64,000 bases of DNA from Candidatus Veblenbacteria bacterium (GTDB lineage Bacteria > Patescibacteriota > Patescibacteriia > Veblenbacterales > UBA10138), in NCBI GenBank assembly GCA_030700105.1, contig JAUYKG010000016.1, positions 2,863 through 66,862 on the forward strand, given 5' to 3'. Made by a program: the position numbers and the translations under genes. The notes under the pieces were generated by a model, which worked only from the letters and a program-made list of their open reading frames with translations, had not been told where the DNA came from and did not search any database. Of the stretch, positions 32,483 through 40,932 are shown piece after piece. Numbering within the stretch: position 1 is the stretch's first letter; every line of letters starts with the position of its first letter.

Positions 32483-34444
32483 ATGAAGACTACATTCAAT
32501 AAACCACCAGGTGAGGTGGAGGAACTTGACATTACACTCATTCGTGCCACCAACTACACAGATGATGGGTATCCAATACGTACGCGCAAGGGAGTTATCC
32601 GCAGTAATACGTTGACTCAAATGGCCACTTTGGTGCGTGATTTGCCTAGGTATCCTTTTTTTAAGGATTTAAGTATTAAAGTAAATCTTATTGACGAAGC
32701 TGTTCAGCTTGTACCCCTGAAGAGGATATTAAAACGGTCTCGGGTAAAGGGCGTAAAGGTTATAGTTCTAATGGTTGGTGTGCAGACCTGCCAGTACCCA
32801 AGGGCCTTGGATATCGCAAATTGGTTTCTACCACATGGCATCCCGGTTCTTATTGGTGGTTTCCACGTGAGTGGGATGCTGAGCATGATTGGCCAAACCA
32901 AAGATCTTACGGCGGCCATGGATAAGGGTGTAATTCTCGTTGCTGGTGAGGTTGAGGGTGATAGGCTACCCACGATTATAGAAGAGGTTGTGCTCGGTAG
33001 AGCCCGAAAACTCTATAATTATTTGAACCCGACGCCGGATCTCACCGATTTGCCAGTGCCTTTACTAACTCGGGAAGATTTAAAGCATTTTGCTTCGCCT
33101 TTCAGCACCATTGATAGCGGGCGCGGCTGTGTGTACACATGTAAGTTCTGTACCATTATAAACGTGCAGGGCAAAATCATGCGATATAGGGAACCAGCAC
33201 AGATAAAGGAGTTTGTTCGTCAGAACTATCATTCTACAGGGATTAGTCATTGTTTCTTTACGGATGATAATATGGCGCGCAATCCACGCTGCCGTGAGCT
33301 TTTTGGAGAGCTGGCTGAACTACGCGAGGAAGAGGGTATTCCCTTTACTTTTATGATGCAGGCGGACTTGGCAGCCAGAAGGATTAAGCCGGGTAATTTT
33401 TTTGAGCTAGCGGCCAGAGCCGGATGTAACCAAGTCTTTTTGGGCCTTGAGACCATGAATCCGCTTAACCTGAGAGCCGAAAGTAAATACCAGAATCGGG
33501 TAGGTGATTACGCTGATTTGGTCCAGCACTGTAATTCGTTGGGTATAACCTGCCATGCGGGCTACATTATTGGTTTTGAGTTTGATACCAGGGATAGTAT
33601 CCGTGAGGACATTGAGAAGTTAAAGGGGATTGGTTTTAATTCAGCTTCCTTTTACATTATTACACCTTTACCGGGGTCCGAGGATCACCAAACTTGGTAC
33701 CGGGAAGGCAAATGGATGCACCCTGATTTCAATACTTACGATTCCAATCATGTCGCAGTTCTGCCCAAAAGCATGTCGGTAGAAGAATTAGCACAAACTC
33801 ACCAGGATGTTTGGGAGTGGTTCTATACCACCGAACATATGGCCAGTGTGCTCAAGGGTTGGCGCGAAAATAATAAACACTATTGGGGACAGTTGTTTTT
33901 TTACGCCTGGTATTTGTACGCCTCGCGAATTGAGCGACTTCATCCTATGAACTGCGGTTTCTGGACCGTGCGGCAGCGCAAGGGGCGCCGCCCAGGCTTC
34001 CCCAGAGAAGCGTTCATACCTTTCTGGTGGGGGAGGGCAGTGGCTGCTGGGCAGCGTCTGAGTGGGCTTGTGAAGCTATTCTTCCAGTTGGAAGAGGTGT
34101 GGCTCCGCAGCAGACCAGAAAGCAAGGCGGAGCAAGCTCTCCATGAATTAATGGTTAATACCAGGAAAGATTTTGCTGATTGGCGAGATGTCACGATCGG
34201 TGAGCTAGCTGCGTTATACCGTAAGTTACACGCGGACATGCCAGACGTAAGGATTCCGTCAGGTGTAAGCTTGTGGTTAAAAAAACATATTGCCTGGGCT
34301 CATTCAAGAATGCATGCTGATTATATATGGCGTCATTGGTATAAACACTTCTGGAACCCATTTAGTTGGATGGAAGTCTGGCTGTTTGAAATCATTAATG
34401 GCTCACGCTTCCTCCTTCGGTTATTAACCGAAGGAACCAGATAA
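32483..34444 (+). CDS. B12-binding-domain radical SAM protein (class B rSAM) with a W/R-rich C-terminal extension.
   Basis: N-terminal Rossmann-like cobalamin-binding region ('VKVIVLMVGVQTCQ...IPVLIGGFHVS') and an rSAM cluster 'GRGCVYTCKFC' (CxxxCxxC). A ~250-aa C-terminal extension is rich in W and R. GC content and codon usage are lower than in the neighbouring genes. Confidence 0.7.
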   Translation: MKTTFNKPPGEVEELDITLIRATNYTDDGYPIRTRKGVIRSNTLTQMATLVRDLPRYPFFKDLSIKVNLIDEAVQLVPLKRILKRSRVKGVKVIVLMVGVQTCQYPRALDIANWFLPHGIPVLIGGFHVSGMLSMIGQTKDLTAAMDKGVILVAGEVEGDRLPTIIEEVVLGRARKLYNYLNPTPDLTDLPVPLLTREDLKHFASPFSTIDSGRGCVYTCKFCTIINVQGKIMRYREPAQIKEFVRQNYHSTGISHCFFTDDNMARNPRCRELFGELAELREEEGIPFTFMMQADLAARRIKPGNFFELAARAGCNQVFLGLETMNPLNLRAESKYQNRVGDYADLVQHCNSLGITCHAGYIIGFEFDTRDSIREDIEKLKGIGFNSASFYIITPLPGSEDHQTWYREGKWMHPDFNTYDSNHVAVLPKSMSVEELAQTHQDVWEWFYTTEHMASVLKGWRENNKHYWGQLFFYAWYLYASRIERLHPMNCGFWTVRQRKGRRPGFPREAFIPFWWGRAVAAGQRLSGLVKLFFQLEEVWLRSRPESKAEQALHELMVNTRKDFADWRDVTIGELAALYRKLHADMPDVRIPSGVSLWLKKHIAWAHSRMHADYIWRHWYKHFWNPFSWMEVWLFEIINGSRFLLRLLTEGTR

Positions 34445-34450
34445 TTCAAA

Positions 34451-34492
34451 GGCCTCGTCTATGAAATTAGACGAGGCCGATTTATTGATTAT
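34451..34492 (+). terminator. Intrinsic terminator after the radical SAM gene.
   Basis: A perfect 10-bp stem (GGCCTCGTCT / AGACGAGGCC) with an 8-nt loop, followed by GATTTATTGATTATTTATT. Confidence 0.65.
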
Positions 34493-34677
34493 TTATTAAC
34501 CCTTGCCAGGGCTGGCGGGGCGTGGTAGTATAGCGTTGTCAGTCAGAAAAGGCCCCCGAGGGCCTTTTAAAAGAGGCCATTTTAAGCAACTAGTAGTTAG
34601 CCAATAGCAAGGGTTTTTAATCATTGCTTAGCTATGAAACACTAGTGGCGAGTGGCTAGGAACTAATCACTACCCTT

Positions 34678-34869
34678 ATGGCAAATCCGTTAGTTACCTA
34701 CTTCAAAGGGGCTTTTGAAGAGCTTAAGAAAGTGGTGTGGCCTACCAAGCGCGAAATCCTCCAGCACACGCTGGTGGTGGTTGGGTTGTCATTGGCTCTA
34801 GCCATTTTTTTGGGCGCCGTAGACTATCTTCTAAACATGGGACTGGAGCAGCTTTTGCTTAGTCGGTAA
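34678..34869 (+). CDS. secE: Preprotein translocase subunit SecE.
   Basis: 63 aa with 'ELKKVVWPTKREILQHTLVVVGLSLALAIFLGAVD'. It sits directly upstream of nusG. Confidence 0.85.
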   Translation: MANPLVTYFKGAFEELKKVVWPTKREILQHTLVVVGLSLALAIFLGAVDYLLNMGLEQLLLSR

Positions 34870-34875
34870 GCGCGT

Positions 34876-35421
34876 ATGTCACGACAGATTACTCAGCAGA
34901 GCAGGCGGTGGTACGCCATTCATACCTATTCAGGCTACGAGGAGAACGTGTCTCGTAACCTCAGGCAGCGTATAGAGAGCATGGATATGGCAGACAAAAT
35001 TTTTAACGTACTCATTCCCACTGAAAAGAAGATCCGCATCAAGAATGGGAAGCGCAAGGTAATAGAGGAAAAGATATTTCCCGGTTACGTGCTGGTGGAA
35101 ATGCTGGTAACCGACGACAGTTGGTACGTGGTTCGTAACACCCCCAACGTTACCGGGTTCATTGGCACCGGCACTACGCCTACGCCGATCGCCGAAGGTG
35201 AAATTAAGGAGCTGCAGAAGCGCATGGGCATTCAGGAGCCCAAGTACCAAATCGACGTTACGCCCGGCACGCCAGTTAAGATTATCGACGGCCCGTTCAA
35301 GGACTTTGAAGGCAAGGTGGCCGAGGTGGACGAGGCCCGGGGCAAGATTAAGGCACTGGTTTCCATGTTCGGCCGCGAAACGCCTGTTGAGCTCGATAGT
35401 TTGCAAATCCAGAAGCTCTAA
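34876..35421 (+). CDS. nusG: Transcription termination/antitermination factor NusG.
   Basis: NGN domain 'WYAIHTYSGYEENV' and KOW 'GTPVKIIDGPFKDFEGKVAEVDEARGKIKALVSMFGRETPVEL'. Confidence 0.9.
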   Translation: MSRQITQQSRRWYAIHTYSGYEENVSRNLRQRIESMDMADKIFNVLIPTEKKIRIKNGKRKVIEEKIFPGYVLVEMLVTDDSWYVVRNTPNVTGFIGTGTTPTPIAEGEIKELQKRMGIQEPKYQIDVTPGTPVKIIDGPFKDFEGKVAEVDEARGKIKALVSMFGRETPVELDSLQIQKL

Positions 35422-35487
35422 TTAGCAATTCGCCAATGGTCCCTGGCCACGAGTGGCTATTGGCTAAGAACTAGGAACTAAATTCAT

Positions 35488-35913
35488 ATGGCCAAGAAGA
35501 TAAAAACAGTCATTAAGCTCCAGATTCCGGGTGGTAAAGCCACGCCGGCGCCGCCGGTTGGTACTGCGCTTGGGCCTCATGGGCTCAACATTGCCGAGTT
35601 CGTAAAGAAATTCAACGACGCGAGCAAGGACCGCATGGGCGAGGTAACTCCGGTTGAGCTCACGGTGTACGAGGATCGTACCTATACATTCATCCTGAAA
35701 ACACCTCCGGCGGCCGAGCTTTTGAAAAAGGCAGCCAAGATAGAGAAGGGCTCTGGCAAGCCCTTGCAGGAAAAGGTGGGTAAGGTTACAAAAAAGCAGA
35801 TAGAGGAAATAGCTAAAATTAAAATGCCCGACCTCAATGCCAACGATATTAAGGCGGCTATGAAGATCATCGAAGGCACGGCCCGTAACATGGGTATCGT
35901 GGTAGAAGGCTAA
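35488..35913 (+). CDS. rplK: 50S ribosomal protein L11.
   Basis: '[37 protein letters not shown]' is canonical L11. Confidence 0.95.
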   Translation: MAKKIKTVIKLQIPGGKATPAPPVGTALGPHGLNIAEFVKKFNDASKDRMGEVTPVELTVYEDRTYTFILKTPPAAELLKKAAKIEKGSGKPLQEKVGKVTKKQIEEIAKIKMPDLNANDIKAAMKIIEGTARNMGIVVEG

Positions 35914-36153
35914 AGGCCTTAAGTGAGCCAACTGTTTGGCTTACGTCGCCACGATACGGGCGAGGCGATGCCAGTGGCCGCCGAGCCCAAGGGGCGCCAC
36001 AAAGGACCTGACGAACTGATTAGTACAACTCAAGTTTACAACACGTTTGAGTAAGGGCTAAAAGCCTTAGCGAGGTAAGGATTTTTTAACTTATTATTCT
36101 GGTGGGACCTTTCGTGCAACGAAGGGGCTTGCACCACCTGAAAGGAATTCTGT

Positions 36154-36840
36154 ATGCCAAGACGGAGTAAGCGTTATCAGGCTGCTGCCAAACTGTTGGA
36201 GCCTGGCAAAACGTACACAATTGCGGAGGCGGTAAAGATTATTAAGCAGATGCCCGCCACCAAGTTTGATGCGGCGGTGGAGGTGCACGCTAAATTGGGT
36301 GTGGATGTAAAGCAGGCCAATCAACAGGTGCGGGGCAGCGTCAGCTTGCCGCACGGTACGGGCAAGAAGATTCGCATCGCCGTGTTTTGTGGCGAGGATA
36401 AGGCGAAAGAGGCCAAGGCAGCTGGTGCCGCAGTGGTTGGTGGGGAGGAATTGGTGAAAGAGATACAAGCCACGGGCAAGTGCGATTTTGATATTGCCAT
36501 AGCCGCGCCCGATATGATGAAGCAACTGGCACCCATTGCCAAGATTTTGGGACAGAAGGGCCTCATGCCCAACCCCAAGACCGAAACTATTACGCCGAAC
36601 GTGGCTGATGCGGTGGGCAAGCTACAGGCGGGCAAGGTGAATTTTAAAGCTGATGACACCGCCAATGTGCACATTATGGTGGGCAAGCTCTCGTTCGAGG
36701 AAGATAAGCTGGTGGGGAACATTGGGGCCTTGGCTGAGGTCTTAAAACGCATCCGCCCGGCGGCGACCAAAGGCACATACCTGCAGCGCGTCGTGCTGGC
36801 TACCTCTATGGGTCCGGCCGTGCCCATTAGCCTGGCCTAG
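36154..36840 (+). CDS. rplA: 50S ribosomal protein L1.
   Basis: 'SVSLPHGTGKKIRIAVF' and 'FDIAIAAPDMMKQLAPIAKILGQKGLMPNPK'. Confidence 0.95.
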   Translation: MPRRSKRYQAAAKLLEPGKTYTIAEAVKIIKQMPATKFDAAVEVHAKLGVDVKQANQQVRGSVSLPHGTGKKIRIAVFCGEDKAKEAKAAGAAVVGGEELVKEIQATGKCDFDIAIAAPDMMKQLAPIAKILGQKGLMPNPKTETITPNVADAVGKLQAGKVNFKADDTANVHIMVGKLSFEEDKLVGNIGALAEVLKRIRPAATKGTYLQRVVLATSMGPAVPISLA

Positions 36841-36900
36841 TATTTTTGGCTATAGTGCATAGTGCTAAGAGATAAAGTCTAAGTACTAAGTACCAAAGCT

Positions 36901-37461
36901 ATGATCCTTTCCGACCGCGATATTAAGGCAGCCTTGAAAGAGGGGAGAATAGGCGTGGAGCCTCTGTATGAGGGTGCCATTCAGCCGGCTTCGGTTGATT
37001 TGCACCTGGATAATAAGTTCCTCATCTTTCGCAATACCGAGCATGCCTTTATCGACGTGAAGGAGCCCATTGCCGACCTCATGGAAGAGGTGGTTATAGA
37101 TTCCAATCGTCCATTCGTTATTCACCCCGGTGAATTTGCGCTTGGGGTAACCGAGGAGAAAATTACACTGGCGGCGGATATGGTGGCTCGTCTGGAAGGC
37201 AAATCCAGCCTGGGGCGCATTGGCATTATCATTCACGCCACAGCAGGATTTATTGATCCAGGTAACTCCTTAAGGCCTACGCTTGAGCTTCATAATATAG
37301 GTAATCTTCCTGTGAAGCTGTATTACAAGATGCCCATAGCCCAAATTGCTTTCATGCCTTTGTCTTCACCAGCTGAGCACCCCTACGATAAGTCCCACAA
37401 ATACTACGGCGCCACCGAACCGCAAGCCTCTAAGATGCACGAGAATTTTGAAAAGGAGTAA
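36901..37461 (+). CDS. dcd: dCTP deaminase.
   Basis: 'MILSDRDIKAALKEGRIGVEPL...ASVDLHL' and 'RLEGKSSLGRIGI' follow the dCTP deaminase/dUTPase-fold pattern. Confidence 0.8.
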   Translation: MILSDRDIKAALKEGRIGVEPLYEGAIQPASVDLHLDNKFLIFRNTEHAFIDVKEPIADLMEEVVIDSNRPFVIHPGEFALGVTEEKITLAADMVARLEGKSSLGRIGIIIHATAGFIDPGNSLRPTLELHNIGNLPVKLYYKMPIAQIAFMPLSSPAEHPYDKSHKYYGATEPQASKMHENFEKE

Positions 37462-37467
37462 AAAGCC

Positions 37468-38064
37468 ATGACGCGCTCCAAGCCGCTACGTCGTTCTCGA
37501 GGAATAACCAGTCCGGTCGTGGTTGTTTTTGTAGGGGAAAAGCTTTCCGGCAAAGAGCAGGCCGCGCAGTACCTGGTGAAAAAGTATGGTTTCCACGGCT
37601 ATCACTTTTCCCGCATTCTCACAGACATTCTGCAACGGCTTCATCTACCTGTGAGTCGGATGAATCAAATGCACCTGGTGGGCGCTTTGCGTGAGCGTTT
37701 TGGCGGTGGTGTACTGGCCGAGGTTATTAAACAGGACATTCTTAAGCACGGCTATAAGCGCGTAGTGCTGGACGGTCTTAGGCACCCGGCCGAATATGAT
37801 GCGCTAAAAGTATTACCAGGCTTCCTCTTGGTGTATCTTACTGCTCCGCTTAACGTACGTTACCAGCGAGCGCGCCAGCGCCGAGAAAAGGCCGGAGAGC
37901 ACCGCCTGAGCCTGCAGGACTTTAAGCGGGAGGAAAAGTTGGTAACCGAGGTATTTATTAGTAAGTTAGGCCACAAGGCTAAGGTTAAAGTGGTGAACGA
38001 GGGCAGTTTATCCGAGCTTTATCATAGGCTTGAGGAAGAGCTAGTTAAACCGTACCTGCTGTGA
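37468..38064 (+). CDS. P-loop nucleoside-monophosphate-kinase-like protein (adenylate/cytidylate kinase fold). Its substrate is unknown; a (d)NMP kinase is suggested by context.
   Basis: A glycine-rich loop 'VVVFVGEKLSGKEQAAQYL', a 'VLDGLRHPAEYDAL' segment like the DGFPR region of NMP kinases, and a basic LID-like 'RYQRARQRREKAG'. It sits between dcd and dut. Confidence 0.4.
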   Translation: MTRSKPLRRSRGITSPVVVVFVGEKLSGKEQAAQYLVKKYGFHGYHFSRILTDILQRLHLPVSRMNQMHLVGALRERFGGGVLAEVIKQDILKHGYKRVVLDGLRHPAEYDALKVLPGFLLVYLTAPLNVRYQRARQRREKAGEHRLSLQDFKREEKLVTEVFISKLGHKAKVKVVNEGSLSELYHRLEEELVKPYLL

Positions 38065-38483
38065 AGCTCGAAGTAAAAAAACTGGATCCCCGCGCCAAGC
38101 TGCCGGTTTACTTTTTTCCGGGTGATGCGGGGCTAAACCTGTTTGCGGTGGAGGATGTGGTTATTCCTGCTCACGAACGCGTAATGATAACGACTGGGCT
38201 CTCGCTGGCTGTACCAGGGGGGTATGTTGGGTTGGTGCACGATCGGTCCAGCATGGCGGCCAAGGCTGGGGTGCACGCTCTGGCTGGCGTTATAGATGCC
38301 GGGTTTAGGGGCGAGTTTAAACTCGTTTTTCTGAATACCAGCAACGATGATTACAAAATATCGGCCGGAGACAAAGTGGCACAGTTTTTAATCCAGCCGG
38401 TGGAACGGGTGGAAGTGGTGGAGGTAGAGGAGCTTCCGCCTACCGAAAGGGGGGCGGGTGGTTTTGGCAGCACAGGTAAGTAA
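38061..38483 (+). CDS. dut: dUTP diphosphatase.
   Basis: dUTPase motifs 'AGLNLFA', 'GLVHDRSS' and 'GVIDAGFRGEFKLVFLN', plus a C-terminal Gly-rich 'RGAGGFGSTGK'. Confidence 0.9.
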   Translation: MKLEVKKLDPRAKLPVYFFPGDAGLNLFAVEDVVIPAHERVMITTGLSLAVPGGYVGLVHDRSSMAAKAGVHALAGVIDAGFRGEFKLVFLNTSNDDYKISAGDKVAQFLIQPVERVEVVEVEELPPTERGAGGFGSTGK

Positions 38484-38485
38484 AA

Positions 38486-38513
38486 AACCTGGGCTTTGAA
38501 AGTCCAGGTTTTT
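38486..38513. terminator. Bidirectional intrinsic terminator between the convergent dut and PNP genes.
   Basis: AAAAAA, then a 7-bp stem (AACCTGG / CCAGGTT) with an 11-nt loop, then TTTTT. Confidence 0.55.
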
Positions 38514-38536
38514 AGTTTGGATAGGTTATTTGGGGC

Positions 38537-39412
38537 TTACTGGGCCCCGACAGTTTCTTCGCAATGAGCCACAGCTGACGCTACACCTGTGAGTAGCTTG
38601 ATGTTATCTTCTTTATGCTGTTCCATTCGGTTTTTGTTCAATTGGTGGGAATCCTTTTCTAACCAATCGTTTGAGATAAACGCCAGCGCCAAGACCTCCA
38701 TAGGGGGATACTGTGCGGCAACGGCGGCTTCGGTTAAGATGCTCATACCAACACAGCAAGCGCCATCTCTATGGAGAATATCTTTATCGCGTTTTCTTCC
38801 TTCCAAATCCGGTCCGCAAACCATAGCATAGGTGCCATTCTTCCACCAGCGTCGTGTTGGGTAGCTTGTTTGAGCGATCTTAATAAGATCAGGTGACAGT
38901 GCGTCTTCTGCCGAGTTGAATTCTCCGCCGAACAGCGGCCTTTTCGGTGCATACAGAGTGATAAAACCATCGATAAGGACAACGTCGCCAACTTCAGGAT
39001 GTAATCCCCCCCTAATGCCGATACTGCCAGCGGCGCAGGTCAGAATAAGTTTTTTAACCCCCATATAAGGTAGCATCTCAATTTGTAGCCTAACCATTTT
39101 AATAAGTTCAGGGTTCATTATGGTTTCATTCATGTGGAAGCGGCCATTCAAGACTAAGATTGGTTCGCCGTCAACGTAGCCAAGCTGGATTGTTCGAGCA
39201 TGGCCATCAAGGCCAGGAAGATTAGATACCTCTGGCAGAGGTAGCCAGTGGAATGGTACGGGTTCTTTTTTCGGTGGGGTATCAAAAACAATAGTATTAT
39301 TTAATCCTGTCCCAAGGACTATAGCTGTTGAAACCTCCTCTATTTTAAAGTAATTTTTTAAGTACTTGGCAGCTATTTCGGCTGCTGTGGCGGCAGATTG
39401 TTTTGTATACAT
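38537..39412 (-). CDS. Purine nucleoside / methylthioadenosine phosphorylase family protein (PNP/MTAP trimeric family).
   Basis: 291 aa with 'IVLGTGL', 'LVLNGRFHMNE' (compare the GRFH.YEG motif of PNP) and 'AFISNDW'. Confidence 0.55.
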   Translation of the reverse strand: MYTKQSAATAAEIAAKYLKNYFKIEEVSTAIVLGTGLNNTIVFDTPPKKEPVPFHWLPLPEVSNLPGLDGHARTIQLGYVDGEPILVLNGRFHMNETIMNPELIKMVRLQIEMLPYMGVKKLILTCAAGSIGIRGGLHPEVGDVVLIDGFITLYAPKRPLFGGEFNSAEDALSPDLIKIAQTSYPTRRWWKNGTYAMVCGPDLEGRKRDKDILHRDGACCVGMSILTEAAVAAQYPPMEVLALAFISNDWLEKDSHQLNKNRMEQHKEDNIKLLTGVASAVAHCEETVGAQ

Positions 39413-39500
39413 AATATTTCTCCTATATTTTGTTTATGATTTGTTTGTTTTGTGATTTGGGGCTATCTTACAGGAGTATACGCTAACCAGTCAATTTGCC

Positions 39501-40424
39501 ATGCAGCAATACTTAAGCCTTTTGGAGGAAATATTGGAAAAAGGGGAAGAGCGCCAGGACCGTACCGGTGTGGGCACCATTTCCTTGTTTGGCGCGCAGC
39601 GTAAGTACGACCTGCGCCAGGGCTTCCCTTTGGTTACCACCAAAAAGGTTAACTTCCGTAATATCGCGGTGGAATTGTTGTGGTTTTTGCGGGGCGATAC
39701 GCACATTCGTTACCTGGTGCAGAACGGCGTAAACATCTGGAACGAATGGGCGTTTCAGGTGTACCTGGATGAGAATAAGCTGGCGGAAAAGTTCCAGCGC
39801 TACAGTGAGGAGTGGAAAGTGGAAATGCAGAAATTCGTGGACCAAGTGCGTGAGAGCGAGGAATTCGCCCAAAAGTGGGGCGAGCTCGGGCCGGTGTACG
39901 GCAAGCAGTGGCGGCGTTGGGGTACGGCCGACGGCAGGGAGATAGACCAGATAGCTCAGGCCTTGGAACTCATTAAGAAAGATCCGTACTCACGGCGCAT
40001 TATCGTAAACGGTTGGAACGTAGGAGAAATGCAGGGGCTTATTAAGGCCAAACACCACGCGCCGCCTTCTTGCCACACTGTGTTCCAGTTCTACGTAGCA
40101 GGCAGTCGCTTGGACTTGCAGCTTTACCAGCGTAGTGCCGATATGGCCTTGGGAGTGCCCTACAACATCGCTTCGTACGCCGCTCTGTTAACGGTTATGG
40201 CGCAGGAGACTGGGCTTACACCAGGTATTTTCACACACACCCTGGGTGACGCGCACATTTACCTTAATCACGTAGAAGGGGTAAGGGAGCAGCTTACGCG
40301 TCAGCCGTACCCATTGCCGGGCCTTATGCTCGCTCGTAAACCAATGGCAGAGCTTGGGGCCGATGATTTTGTGATAGAGAACTACCAATTTCACCCCTTT
40401 ATTAAGTTCCAGATAGCGGTGTAG
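39501..40424 (+). CDS. thyA: Thymidylate synthase (ThyA, long form with an insert).
   Basis: '[11 protein letters not shown]', 'FPLVTTKKV', '[10 protein letters not shown]', the active-site 'PPCH' in '[14 protein letters not shown]', and 'DAHIYLNH'. Confidence 0.9.
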   Translation: MQQYLSLLEEILEKGEERQDRTGVGTISLFGAQRKYDLRQGFPLVTTKKVNFRNIAVELLWFLRGDTHIRYLVQNGVNIWNEWAFQVYLDENKLAEKFQRYSEEWKVEMQKFVDQVRESEEFAQKWGELGPVYGKQWRRWGTADGREIDQIAQALELIKKDPYSRRIIVNGWNVGEMQGLIKAKHHAPPSCHTVFQFYVAGSRLDLQLYQRSADMALGVPYNIASYAALLTVMAQETGLTPGIFTHTLGDAHIYLNHVEGVREQLTRQPYPLPGLMLARKPMAELGADDFVIENYQFHPFIKFQIAV

Positions 40425-40425
40425 T

Positions 40426-40932
40426 ATGGCATTCTCGGTGATTGCAGCGATGGACAGCAAGCGGGGTGTAGGCAAGGGAGGTGTGATACCCTGGCGGCTT
40501 AAGGGCGATTTGGAGCACTTTCGAGAAATTACGGTTGGCCAGGGTAAGAACGCGGTTATTATGGGCCGCGCCACCTGGCTCTCGTTACCGGAGAAGTTCA
40601 GGCCCTTGTCGGGGCGAGTGAATGTCGTGCTTAGCCGGGGCCCGCTTGAACTGCCAGCTGGAGTACTGCACGCCGGTTCACTCCCAGAGGCGCTTGAGCT
40701 TTTTGCGGGCCAACCTATAGAGGAAATTTTTATCATAGGCGGCGGGCAGGTGTACGCTGAGGCCATTGGGCACCCGGCTTGCAAAAAAATTTATCTTACG
40801 GAAGTGGATGGTGAGTTTGGTTGTGATACGTTCTTTCCGGAAATTCCAGCCATGTTCCAGCGTGCCAGTACATTGGAGCCTATGAGTGAAGGAGAATTTA
40901 AGTATCGGTTCGTTACCTATGAAAAGGCCTAA
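40426..40932 (+). CDS. folA: Dihydrofolate reductase.
   Basis: 'VIAAMDSKRGVGKGGVIPWRLKGDLEHFREITVG...VIMGRATWLSL' and 'IFIIGGGQVYAEA'. Confidence 0.9.
   Translation: MAFSVIAAMDSKRGVGKGGVIPWRLKGDLEHFREITVGQGKNAVIMGRATWLSLPEKFRPLSGRVNVVLSRGPLELPAGVLHAGSLPEALELFAGQPIEEIFIIGGGQVYAEAIGHPACKKIYLTEVDGEFGCDTFFPEIPAMFQRASTLEPMSEGEFKYRFVTYEKA

Noticed and set aside
34493-34677. A tRNA (for example tRNA-Trp, which commonly precedes secE-nusG) in the rSAM–secE spacer.
   Set aside because: No acceptor-stem/T-loop (GGTTCGA-type) cloverleaf could be built. Only terminator-like hairpins are present.
36321-36827. 168-aa minus-strand ORF inside rplA. A 198-aa minus-strand ORF lies at 40188..40784 inside thyA/folA.
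   Set aside because: They are antisense to genes with unambiguous ribosomal and enzyme motifs.
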